Of a stretch of DNA of 64,000 bases, positions 15,801-27,465 are shown in pieces (positions within the stretch are counted from its first letter, which is position 1; the number at the start of each line of letters is the position of its first letter). Under the pieces are notes generated by a model, which was not told where the DNA came from, did no database searches, and was given only the letters and a program-made list of their open reading frames with translations. Origin of the DNA: Antedon mediterranea (Eukaryota; Animalia; Echinodermata); contig NC_092677.1 in the NCBI RefSeq assembly GCF_964355755.1, positions 28,523,048 to 28,587,047 on the forward strand. The letters are read 5' to 3'. The position numbers and the translations under genes are program-made.

Positions 15801-18800
15801 AATACTCGGAACTACTCGGAACTTATTGGAACTTATCGAAACTACTCGGAAATACTCAGAACTACTCGGAACTACTCTGAACTAACTAATCTGAACTAAA
15901 CTGAACTACTCGAAACTATTCGGAATACTTGGAAATACTCGGAACTAGTGGAACTACTCGGAACTTCTCGGAATTACTCTGAACTACTCTGTACTACTCG
16001 GAACTACTCGGCACTACTCGGAACTACTCGGAAATACTGGGAAATTATCGGAACTAACTAATCTGAATTAATCTGAACTACTCGGAACTACTCGGAAATA
16101 CTCGTAACTTATCGGAACTTATCGGAACTACTCGGAAATACTCGGAACTAAACTGAACTACTCGAAACTACTCGGAACTTCTAAGAAATATTTGGAACTA
16201 CTCTGAACTAACTAATCTGAACTAAACTGAACTACTCGGAAATACTCGGAACTACTCGGAACTACTTGGAACTACTGTAAACTAACTAATCTGAATTAAT
16301 TTGAACTACTCGGAACTACTCGGAACTTCTCGGAACTACTCGTCATTATTCGGAACTACTCGGAACTTCTCAGAAATATTTAGAACTACTCGGAACTACT
16401 CTGAACTAACTAATCTGAACTAAATTGAACTAAACTGAACTACTCGAAACTATTCGGAAATACTCGGAACTTCTTGAAACTACTCGGAACTTCTTGAAAC
16501 TACTCTGAACTACTCTGAACTATTCGGAACTACTCGGAACTACTCGGCACTACTCGGAACTACTTGGAACTTCTTGGAATTACTCAAAACTTCTCGGAAC
16601 TACTCAGAAGTACCGGAACTACTCGGAATTACTCGGAACTACTCGAAACTAAACTGAACTACTCGGAACTACTCGGAACTTCTCAGAAATATTTGGAACT
16701 ACTCGGAACTACTGTAAACTAACTAATCTGAATTAATTTGAACTACTCGGAACTTCTCAGAACTACTCGTCATTATTCGGAACTACTCGGAACTACTCGG
16801 AACTTCTCAGAAATATTTAGAACTACTCGGAACTACTCTGAACTAACTAATGTGAACTAAACTGAACTAAACTGAACTACTCGAAACTATTCGGAAATAC
16901 TCGGAAATACTCGGAACTATTGGAACTACTCGGAACTTTTTGAAACTACTCTGAACTATTCGGAACTACTCGGAACTACTCGGCACTACTCGGCACTACT
17001 CGGAACTACTTGGAACTTCTTGGAATTACTCAAAAGTTCTCGGAACTACTCGGAAGTACCGGAACTACTCGGAATTACTCGGAACTACTCGGAAATACTC
17101 GGAACTTATCGGAACTAACTAATCTGAATTAATCTGAACTACTCGGAACTACTCGGAACTACTCGGAACTACTCGGAACTACTCTGAACTACTCGGAAAT
17201 ACTCGGAACTTATCAGAACTTATCGGAACTACTCGGAAATACTCGGAACTAAACTGAACTACTCGAAACTACTCGGAACTTCTAAGAAATATTTGGAACT
17301 ACTCTGAACTAACTAATCTGAACTAAACTGAACTACTCGGAACTACTCGGAACTTCTCATAAATATTTAGAAGTACTCTGAACTAACTAATATGAACTAA
17401 TCTGAACTACTCGGAACTATTTGGAACTACTCGGAACGACTCGGAACTACTCGGGACTACTCAGGACTTCTCGGAAGTACTCGGAAGTAATTGGAACTAC
17501 ACAGAACTACTCGGAACTACTCGGAACTACTCAGAACTACTCGAAACTTCTCAGAACAACTCGGAACTACTCGTCAATATTCGAAACTATTTGGAACTAC
17601 TCGGAATTACTCGGAACTACTCGGATTTCCGTGTAACAACTCGGAACTACTCGGGACTACTCGGGACTACTCTGAACTACTCTGAACTACTCTGAACTAT
17701 TCGGAACTACTCGGCACTACTCGGAACTTCTCAGAACTACTCGGAACTTCTCGGAACTACCGGAACTACTCAGAAATACTCGGAACTTATCGGAACTTAT
17801 CGGAACTACTAGGAACTACTCGGAACTACTCGGAACTAAACTGAACTACTCGGAACTACTCGGAACTACTCGGAACTTCTCAGAAATATTTGGAACTACT
17901 CGGAACTACTCTGAACTAACTAATCTGAATTAATCTGAACTACTCGGAACAACTCGGAACTACTCGGAACTACTCGCAACTTCTCGGAACTACTCGTCAT
18001 TATTCGGAACTACTCGGAAATACTCGGAACTTATTGGAACTTATCGGAACTACTCGGAAATACTCAGAACTACTCGGAACTACTCTGAACTAACTAATCT
18101 GAACTAAACTGAACTACTCGAAACTATTCGGAATACTTGGAAATACTCTGAACTATTGGAACTACTCGGAACTTCTCGGAACTACTCTGAACTACTCTGT
18201 ACTAATCGGAACTACTCGGCACTACTCGGAACTACTCGGAAATACTGGGAAATTATCGGAACTAACTAATCTGAATTAATCTGAACTACTCGGAACTACT
18301 CGGAAATACTCGTAACTTATCGGAACTTATCGGAACTACTCGGAAATACTCGGAACTAAACTGAACTACTCGAAACTACTCGGAACTTCAAAGAAATATT
18401 TGGAACTACTCTGAACTAACTAATCTGAACTAAACTGAACTACTCGGAAATACTCGGAAATACTCGGAACTACTCGGAACTACTAGGAACTACTTGGAAC
18501 TACTCGGAACTACTCGGAACTAAACTGAACTACTCGGATCTACTCGAAACTACTCGGAACTTCTCAGAAATATTTGGAACTACTCGGAACTACTCTGAAC
18601 TAACTAATCTGAACTAAACTGAACTACTCGGAACTACTCGGAACTTCTCATAAATATTTGGAAGTACTCTGAACTAACTATCTCAAAATGGAACAAGTCT
18701 ACTTGCTAGCAACATTCGATGCAAAGTCCAGTTAACCCTCAAGTTACAACGCCCGAGTACATCGTACAAGAGACAGAAGTTAAAACCGAAATAACCTAAG

Positions 18801-18804
18801 TAAC

Positions 18805-21800
18805 ATGGAAAAGTCTACTCAAGCAAACCCTGAAAGCGCAACAAGTATAAACAATGACAATCTATCAAATCAAACTGATATATTATTCAATCCTATTACT
18901 CTATGTAACAACTTTGACGAACAGGATGAACTAACTGATCATAGTCTTAGCAATAAAATATGTACGATAGAGACATGCTCGTATATGAGCACAGACCAGT
19001 TAAATGACTCGGTTAATAAAATAAATAATATCAGCTACTCATTTTTACACTATAATATCAGAAGTATTAACAAACACTTAGATGAATTAATTACTTGTTT
19101 AAACGGCATTAAACACCCATTCACTGTAATTGGCATATCAGAAACATGGCTTAAAGAAACATCACCTAGACCATACTTACCAAACTACGATTTCCATGCT
19201 CTAGACAGGGAAAATCGAAAAGGAGGTGGTGTTGGCTTGTTTATTTCAAATACTATAGAGGTCAAAACAAGAACCGATTTGATAATTAATTTCTGTGAAT
19301 GTCTGTTTATTGAGATAATTAAAAAAAAGTGTAAAAATGCAATTGTTGTACTGTCTACAGACCACCAGACATGAAAATAGATGTTTTTAATGATTCACTT
19401 GAAGATGTCCTCACTGCTATAGACAAAGAAGGTAAACCATGTTATATCATGAGAGATTTTAATATCAATCTGCTTAAACATGTAACATGCAGTGATGTAA
19501 ATGATTTTATTGAAATAATGATGTCTCACTCGTTTTATCCATCTATATCTAGACCAACTAGAATACAAGACCAGTCAGTAACACTAATTGACAACATATT
19601 TTCAAATACAATTTCCGAAAAAGTTCTATCTGGTATACTAATCTCGGACATTTCCGACCATTTACCAGTATATCAAATAACTCACTCTGCTTCGTCTTCC
19701 CACGTAAACACGCACATGAATAAAGGCACCTCAGTCTCATGTGACACGTATATAGTTAACAATAGAAACATTATGAAACTAAATAGTGATTTATTAAGTG
19801 CAGAGTGGCTTGGAGTATATGAAGCGACTGATCCAGAAATCGCTTATAATGATTTTCTGGATAATTTTAAGTTTCTATATAACAAACACCATAAAAAAAC
19901 TGTAAAGTCATCAAAACAGTATGACAAATTCAAGCAGCCCTGGATGAGTTTTGGGTTACTAAGGTCAAGTAAAAGAAAGCATGTACTGTATAAAAGGTTC
20001 ATAAAACACCCTACTGTAAAAAACAAAAATACGTATAAAGAATTTAAAAAAGCTTTTGCACGCACGTGCAAAATCGCCAAAAAGATGTATTATGAAAATC
20101 TTTTCAATCGAACAAATGGTAATATTAAAAAAACATGGAATGTTATAAATGATTAATTGATCCGAATAAAGGAAAAACTAAAGTTCCATCTTCTTTTACA
20201 CATAGCAATGAAACTATACATGGTTGCGAAAATGTTGTAAATCATATTAATGATTATTTTATTAATGTAGGTTGTAAGGTTCGAGACAATATTGAGTCTA
20301 CTACGACAAAATATTCTGAATACCTCACAAACAAACAACGCAACTCAATGTTTTTTTGCTATGTTGATGAGGAGGAGGTACTAAAAGTTATTGAATCTCT
20401 CGATTCAAACAAAGCCCCCGGATTTGATGACATTTCAGCAAAAGTTGTAAAGGAAGTAAAATACAATATTTTAAAGCCGCTGACATATATTTTTAATTTA
20501 TCACTTCAAACTGGACTAATACCAGGGAAATTGAAAATTTCCAAAGTAGTTCCCATACATAAAAAAGGGGACCGCCATTTGGCCTCAAACTATCGTCCCA
20601 TATCGCTGTTGCCCATTTTTTCGAAAGTTTTTGAAAAGATTATCCATAATCAATTATACAATTATCTTACAAAATGTAAAGTGTTAAGCAACAATCAATA
20701 TGGATTTAGAAACAAACACTCAACTTCTCATGCTATGATCGACTTGGTCCATAAAATATTAAATGCATTTGAAAAAAAGGAATATGCACTTACTACCTTT
20801 ATGGATTTGTCAAAAGCGTTTGACATTATCGATCACAGTATTCTGTTGAGCAAATTGGCGCATTATGGTATAAGAGGCATCGTTTTAATGTGGTTTAGAA
20901 ACTATTTAAGTGGCCGCAAACAATATGTTTATGCCAACGGTAGATCATCATGTTTAAAAGACACCAATATAGGGGTGCCACAGGGTTCTGTTTTAGGACC
21001 ACTTTTGTTTTTAATTTACATCAATGATATAAGTCGAGCAAGTAGTAAAATAGATATAATTAGTTTTGCTGACGACACAACTTGTATAACAAGGGGAGAT
21101 GACCCTACAATGTTAAACCATACTATGAATATTGAACTAGAAAAAATAAACGTATGGCTTAAAGCAAATAAGCTGTTACTGAATGTCAGCAAAACTAATT
21201 ACGTTGTTTTTAGAACTAGCCAAAAGAACTTTGACAAAAACCAGTTTAAAATAAAAATGAATAATGTGTTATCACATAGAAAAGAAAATGTGACATTTCT
21301 AGGTGTAATTTTAAACGAAAATCTTAACTGGAAACATCACATACAGCTTATTAGGAAAAAAATGTCTAGGGCAATTGGTATACTTTTAAAAGTAAGAGAA
21401 TTCTTTCCTCATAAAGTCCGTATTAGTCTTTATAACACCTTAGTATTACCTCACCTTCAGTATGGTAACTTAATATGGGGAAATACATACAAGAGCACGT
21501 TAGAAGTAATACTAAAACTCCAAAAGAGAGCTGTAAAATGCATTACCTTCTCTAAATCCAGACAAGCCTCAGAGCCACTGTTTAAGAAACTAAAAATATT
21601 AAACGTTTATGATATTTACAAAGTAAACGTCATAGGATTTATGGCAAACGTAAAATTCAATGAATTACCACATCACATTTTAAATATTTTTAATTACTGT
21701 GACAGTATTAGGCCTACTCATAACCTCAGAACAGAAACTGAATTCGAAATTCCCTTCACAAGACTAACTTGCAGTCAACAGTTTATACACATATATGGAC

Positions 21801-21919
21801 CAAAATTGTGGAAAGAATTCACTTGTAATGGTGGTAATAAACCGGTTATCTTAAAGAAACAAAATAAATGTATAAAAAAACAGATTAAAACATACTTTTT
21901 ATCACTATATGCTGATTAA
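18805..21919 (+). pseudogene. LINE-A ORF2 (APE endonuclease + reverse transcriptase), two frameshifts
   Basis: EN motifs NIRS, GISETWL, GGGVGLFI, RDFN (GDFN altered), PTR, IDNIF, SDHLPV; RT motifs NYRPISLL, QYGFR, DLSKAFD, GVPQGSVLGPLLF, FADDT. Single-base deletions near 19348 and 20153 split it into ORFs 18805-19374, 19371-20156 and 20348-21919. Confidence 0.93.
20348..21919 (+). CDS. Reverse transcriptase and C-terminal part of LINE-A ORF2 (open segment)
   Basis: 523-aa ORF with the non-LTR RT motifs and the LQKRA and YGPKLW C-terminal signatures; not a stand-alone gene. Confidence 0.8.
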   Translation: MFFCYVDEEEVLKVIESLDSNKAPGFDDISAKVVKEVKYNILKPLTYIFNLSLQTGLIPGKLKISKVVPIHKKGDRHLASNYRPISLLPIFSKVFEKIIHNQLYNYLTKCKVLSNNQYGFRNKHSTSHAMIDLVHKILNAFEKKEYALTTFMDLSKAFDIIDHSILLSKLAHYGIRGIVLMWFRNYLSGRKQYVYANGRSSCLKDTNIGVPQGSVLGPLLFLIYINDISRASSKIDIISFADDTTCITRGDDPTMLNHTMNIELEKINVWLKANKLLLNVSKTNYVVFRTSQKNFDKNQFKIKMNNVLSHRKENVTFLGVILNENLNWKHHIQLIRKKMSRAIGILLKVREFFPHKVRISLYNTLVLPHLQYGNLIWGNTYKSTLEVILKLQKRAVKCITFSKSRQASEPLFKKLKILNVYDIYKVNVIGFMANVKFNELPHHILNIFNYCDSIRPTHNLRTETEFEIPFTRLTCSQQFIHIYGPKLWKEFTCNGGNKPVILKKQNKCIKKQIKTYFLSLYAD

Positions 21920-22067
21920 CAACACCTTTGTTTATTTAAGTTCTATATACTTGTTCTTATGTAAAAGGGTCCTACAAAAAAACGAAGCTACAGCTTTTTT
22001 ATGCAGGATCCCTGTTCTCAGTTGTACTGTAATTATGATGTACTATAATTGATGACTAAATAAATGT

Positions 22068-24355
22068 GGAAATACTCGGAAATACTCGGAACTATTTGGA
22101 ACTACTCGGAACTACTCGGAAGTACTCGGAACTACACAGAACTACTCGGAACTACTCGAAACTTCTCAGAACAACTCAGAACTACTCGTCAATATTCGGA
22201 ACTATTTGGAACTACTCGGAATTACTCGGAACTACTCGGATCTCCTTGTAACAACACGGAACTACTCGGGACTACTCTGAACTACTCTGAACTACTCTGA
22301 ACTACTCGGAACTATTCGGAACTACTCGGAACTACTCGGAACTACTCGGCACTACTCGGAACTTCTCGGAACTACTCGGAACTTCTCGGAACTACCGGAA
22401 CTACTCGGAACTACTCGGAACTACTCGAAAATATTCGGAAATACTCAGAACTTATCGGAACTTATCGGAACTACTCGGAACTACTCGGAACTAAACTGAA
22501 CTACTCGGAACTTCTCAGAAATATTTGGAACTACTCGAAACTACTCTGAACTAACTAATCTGAATTAATCTAAATTACTCGGAACTACTCGGAAATACTC
22601 GGAACTTCTTGGAACTACTCGTCATTATTCGGAACTACTCGGAACTACTCGGAAATACTCGGAACTTATTGGAACTTATTGGAACTTATCGGAAATACTC
22701 GGAACTACTCGGAAATACTAGGAACTACTTGGAACTTCTCAGAAATATTTGGAACTACTTGGAACTACTCTGAACTAACTAATCTGAACGAAACTTAACT
22801 ACTCGGAACTACTCGGAACTACTCGGAACTTCTCATAAATATTTGGAAGTACTCTGAACTAACTAATATGAACTAATCTGAACTACTCGGAACTACTGGG
22901 AACTACTCGGAACTATTCGGAAATACTCGGAAATACTCTGAACTACTCTGAACTACTCGGAACTACTCGTCATTATTCGGAACTACTCAGAACTACTCGG
23001 AACTACTCGGATCTCCTTGTAACAACACGGAACTACTCGGGACTACTCTGAACTACTCTGAACTATTCGGAACTACTCGGAACTACTCGGCACTACTCGG
23101 AACTTCTCAGAACTACTCGGAACTTCTCGGAACTACCGGAACTACTCGGAACTACTCGGAACTTATCGGAACTACTCGGCACTACTAGGAACTACTCGGA
23201 ACTACTCGGAACTAAACTGAACTACTCGGAACTTCTCAGAAATATTTGGAAGTACTCGGAACTACTCTGAACTAACTAATCTGAATTAATCTGAACTACT
23301 CGGAACAACTCGGAACTACTCGCAACTTCTCGGAACTACTCGTCATTATTCGGAACTACTCGGAAATACTCGGAACTACTCGGAACTTATTGGAACTTAT
23401 CGGAACTACTCGGAAATACTCAGAACTACTCGGAACTACTCTGAACTAACTAATCTGAACTAAACTGAACTACTCGAAACTATTTGGAATACTTGGAAAT
23501 ACTCGGAACTATTGGAACTACTCGGAACTTCTCGGAACTACTCTGAACTACTCTGTACTACTTGGAACTACTCGGCACTACTCGGAACTATTCGGAAATA
23601 CTGAAAACTTATCGGAACTAACTAATCTGAATTAATCTGAACTACTCGGAACTACTCGGAAATACTCGAAACTAAACTGAACTACTCGAAACTACTCGGA
23701 ACTTCTAAGAAATATTTGGAACTACTCTGAACTAACTAATCTGAACTAAACTGAACTACTCAGAAATACTCGGAAATACTCGGAAATACTCGGAACTACT
23801 CGGAACTACTAGGAACTACTTGGAACTACTCGGAACTACTCGGAACTAAACTGAACTACTCGGATCTACTCGAAACTACTCGGAACTTCTCAGAAATATT
23901 TGGAACTACTCGGAACTACTCTGAACTAACTAATCTGAACTAAACTGAACTACTCGGAACTACTCGGAACTTCTCATGAATATTTGGAAGTACTCTGAAC
24001 TAACTACTCGGAAATACTCGGAAATACTTGGAACTATTTGGAACTACTCGGAACGACTCGGAACTACTCGGGACTACTCGGAAGTACTCGGAACTACACA
24101 GAACTACTCGGAACTACTCGAAACTTCTCAGAACAACTCAGAACTACTCGTCAATATTCGGAACTATTTGGAACTACTCGGAATTACTCGGAACTACTCG
24201 GATCTCCTTGTAACAACACGGAACTACTCGGGACTACTCTGAACTACTCTGAACTACTCGGAACTACTCGGCACTACTCGGCACTACTCAGAACTACTCG
24301 GCACTACTCGGAACTACTCGGAACTTCTCGGAACTACCGGAACTACTCGGAACTA
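22068..24355. repeat. 10-bp satellite between LINE-A and LINE-B
   Basis: GGAACTACTC monomers and variants. Confidence 0.97.
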
Positions 24356-25591
24356 TTAAAATCAATATATGATAAACACTTTCCTCTCCTCAAAAACGAA
24401 AAAAAAAATAATAAATTAAAGTCATGGATGTCTAATGGCCTACTTAATTCAATTAAACACAAACATAAACTGTACTCTAAATTTATCCATTGTCCCACCC
24501 AAAAAAATGAAACAGCCTTTAAACAATTCCGTAATAAATTAAATACTACAATTAAAGCTGCAAAAAAAAATTATTTTCACAAAACGTTTCTCAAACACAA
24601 AAATGATATTAAGGCAACTTGGAAATCAATTAATTCCCTGCTCAATAAATCAAATAATACACATACAAATACTTCTTTCAATTTTCAAGGTGAGTTGACT
24701 AATGATTCCAATATAATTTCAAATGCCTTTAACAAATATTTTTCTGAAATCGGCCCTTCACTTGCTAATAAAATTCCCAATAGTAACAGATCATTTAAAG
24801 ACTTTTTACCCAACCCTACCCCTAACTCAATATTCTTTACTCCAGTCAATGAGGCCGAAGTTTTTAAAATCATTTCTACCTTTAAAAACAACAAATCACC
24901 CGGTATTGATGATTTCCAAACCAAGCCCATCAAACATATTGCCGATCTCATTTCTTTTCCACTTACCCATATTTTTAATCTTGCTTTATTAAAGGGTGTT
25001 TTCCCAGACGGGATGAAGTTTGCGCGCGTTACCCCTATCTACAAATCTGGAAACAAATCTGATTTCTCTAACTATCGCCCCATCTCTGTCCTCTCTATTT
25101 TCTCTAAAGCTTTAGAAAGGGTAATCTACGATCGTACATTTTCATTTATCTCAAAACATGACATTCTTCACAAAAATCAATATGGCTTTAGAAAAGGTCA
25201 CAACACACCCATGGCTCTCATTGACTTAACAAACAAAATTGTTGACGCATTTGAAAGTGGCCATCTAGCCATCGGCGTTTTTATAGATTTGTCAAAGGCA
25301 TTCGACACAATAGACCACAACATACTTTTATTTAAACTATCCCACTATGGAATTAGAGGGCCCGCATATGATCTTTTCAAAAGTTACCTTACCAATCGTT
25401 TCCAATGTACCAAGTATTCTAATTCTGTCTCCAACTTCAACCCTGTTACTTGTGGTGTTCCCCAGGGCTCTCTTCTTGGCCCCCTCCTATTTATTCTATA
25501 TATTAATGATATATATCTTTCTTCTGCAATTCTTAATTTTTTTCTATATGCTGACGACACCACTGTTTATTACTCTGACCCTGATATTCAA
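24356..25591 (+). pseudogene. LINE-B ORF2, RT N-terminal half (endonuclease missing)
   Basis: KSPGID, NYRPISVL, QYGFR, DLSKAFD, GVPQGSLLGPLLF, YADDT. The N-terminus of track ORF 24038-25648 is only in-frame satellite. Confidence 0.9.
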
Positions 25592-25593
25592 AG

Positions 25594-25842
25594 CCAAGGC
25601 ATATCATTGCCCGTTTTCTCTCATACGCTTCTAAGATTGAAGTTATGAAACAACGAAGTTCTGCGCTAGATAGCCAGAAATTTTATATCATAGATGATCT
25701 TACTGCTGCCGATCTACTGGAAAAAAAGAAATGGAGATCACAAGTAAAAGAGATGTACAATAAAGGTACCAAGCTTCGTTTTACGGCTGGAAAATGGCGA
25801 AATTCAACTGGCATTCCGGTAAACTTTTCGAAATTCCATTGA
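25594..25842 (+). pseudogene. LINE-C ORF1 C-terminal fragment (L1 ORF1p/Transposase_22-like)
   Basis: The frame of ORF 25645 extends upstream to PRHIIARFLSYASKIEVMKQR...FYIIDDLT, which resembles the PRxIIARF...I.I.EDLT signature of this ORF1 type. Confidence 0.72.
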
Positions 25843-26286
25843 AATAGTTCCGGTAAACTTTTCGAAATTCCATTGCCATACTAGTGATCGGAATGTTGTT
25901 GTAAACACTTGGACTGTCTAAGAAGCATTTCTTCTTTACAAATTCAATCCATTATTAATTTTACAACAGACTAAGAATCTTTTATCCATTATTTTCCTTA
26001 CATCTGCATACTTTGCTTAATTTGTATAAGCCTCTTGATTGATTTTACATAATAATTTTACAATAGCGTTTTCAGGAGTCTGTTCTCACATAATTGCATT
26101 GTCATAAGATGTTTAAACCACTTAAAACCATTTATTCACCTTTGTTTTATTGTTACCCCCCAATTCTTAACTTGCTTCTTTATATTTACGTTCTTGTACT
26201 TTTCTGTTTTTACGTAACATTACCAGGCATCTTTTATTACATACTATTGAATAAACTGATCACATTATGTATCGTTAGATATTCTC

Positions 26287-27465
26287 ATGGACCCTTTTGA
26301 CAATATAGATGCATTCCCATTTAATCACATTATTGATAATGATGAATTCTTGCATGTCATTCACTATTACTTTTGTGACGATAGAATTGACTTTGATAGA
26401 TTTAATTCTTTAATTTTTAACCCTTTTGATATTAATTTTAAAGATGTTATTAATGACAACGATGCCCAATTATTTTCCGAAAATATTGAATCTTGTGCCT
26501 ATGAATATATTGATAGTCTTAACAACAAATATTCAACCCAAGATTATTCATTTAGTATCTTTCACTTAAACGCACGCAGTCTTGTTAAACATTTTAACGA
26601 TATCAATGTATGCGTAGGTGCTATTAACCATGAATTCTCAGCACTATGCTTCACCGAAACTTTTTTTAATCATAATACGCCTTTTTCCTTTTATAATATT
26701 CCCAATTATAACCTCTTGCATGTTTCACGAGCTGATAGACCAGGAGGAGGCGTTGCCATTTACCTACACCAGAGATTTAAATATATTCTTCGCCCTGATT
26801 TATCATTTATCATTACTAATGGTTCGGAATCTCTTTTCATTGAAATCGATGCACAACCCAAAAACATAATCCTTGGAGTAGTATATCGTTTGCCTGAATT
26901 ATCCATTAACACATTTAATAAAGATATCTCTAATTTAATTGACACCATTAATAATGAGAAAAAAACAGCATATATTTCAGGAGACTTTAATATTAACTTG
27001 TTAAATTCCAAAACACATAAAGGTACTTCTGATTTTGTTAATACTTTATTTCAATCAAATTATTATCCTCTTATTACTAGGCCAACTAGAATTACGCGTA
27101 ATTCTGCAACTTTAATCGACAATATTTTTTGTAATAATCTATATGATAACATTTCTTCCGGAATTCTATATTCGGACATCTCGGATCACTTTCCTGTTTT
27201 CTTGTTAGTACATAAATCAGAACCTCTCCAACACCTGAAACCTAAATCAAAATATATATACATAAAAAAAGTCAATGATATTTCAATTTCTGCCTTAAGT
27301 AATGATTTGTCAAATGTTGACTGGACTAGTATTTATAACTCCAATGAACCCAATGAGGCATACGCTTTATTCAACGACATATTTAGTACATTATATAATA
27401 ACAACATTAAAACCACTCGTTCCAGACGCAATATTCGGAAAGAAAAAAAAACCTTGGATAACTAA
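26287..27465 (+). CDS. LINE-C ORF2, APE endonuclease part
   Basis: NARS, TET, GGGVAIY, VYR, GDFN, PTR, IDNIF and SDHFPV are all intact. Confidence 0.88.
   Translation: MDPFDNIDAFPFNHIIDNDEFLHVIHYYFCDDRIDFDRFNSLIFNPFDINFKDVINDNDAQLFSENIESCAYEYIDSLNNKYSTQDYSFSIFHLNARSLVKHFNDINVCVGAINHEFSALCFTETFFNHNTPFSFYNIPNYNLLHVSRADRPGGGVAIYLHQRFKYILRPDLSFIITNGSESLFIEIDAQPKNIILGVVYRLPELSINTFNKDISNLIDTINNEKKTAYISGDFNINLLNSKTHKGTSDFVNTLFQSNYYPLITRPTRITRNSATLIDNIFCNNLYDNISSGILYSDISDHFPVFLLVHKSEPLQHLKPKSKYIYIKKVNDISISALSNDLSNVDWTSIYNSNEPNEAYALFNDIFSTLYNNNIKTTRSRRNIRKEKKTLDN

Larger units (their letters stand above)
1..18310. repeat. ~10.2-kb near-identical tandem duplication (1-~8130 vs 10221-~18310)
   Basis: Position 1 matches 10221; MITE offset 10220; identical ORF pairs 3329/13549 (offset 10220), 5043/15223 and 7241/17421 (offset 10180, after a net 40-bp loss). 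Confidence 0.93.
1..18680. repeat. 10-bp satellite (GGAACTACTC)n, proximal block, interrupted by two MITE copies
   Basis: Continuous head-to-tail monomers with recurring variants (GGAAATACTC, GGAACTTCTC, GGAACTTATC), a 14-bp variant TGAACTAACTAATC and 9-bp variants. Confidence 0.98.
18681..22067 (+). mobile_element. LINE-A, CR1/L2/Crack-group non-LTR retrotransposon, 5'-truncated (ORF2 plus 3' UTR)
   Basis: APE endonuclease and RT coding remnants, 3' UTR stem-loop at 21967-22012, AATAAA near 22059, satellite on both sides. Confidence 0.93.

Noticed and set aside
24038-25648. Apparent satellite-RT fusion protein of 536 aa
   Set aside because: Chance in-frame junction of stop-free satellite with a 5'-truncated LINE; TTG start, and the RT is broken by LINE-C.
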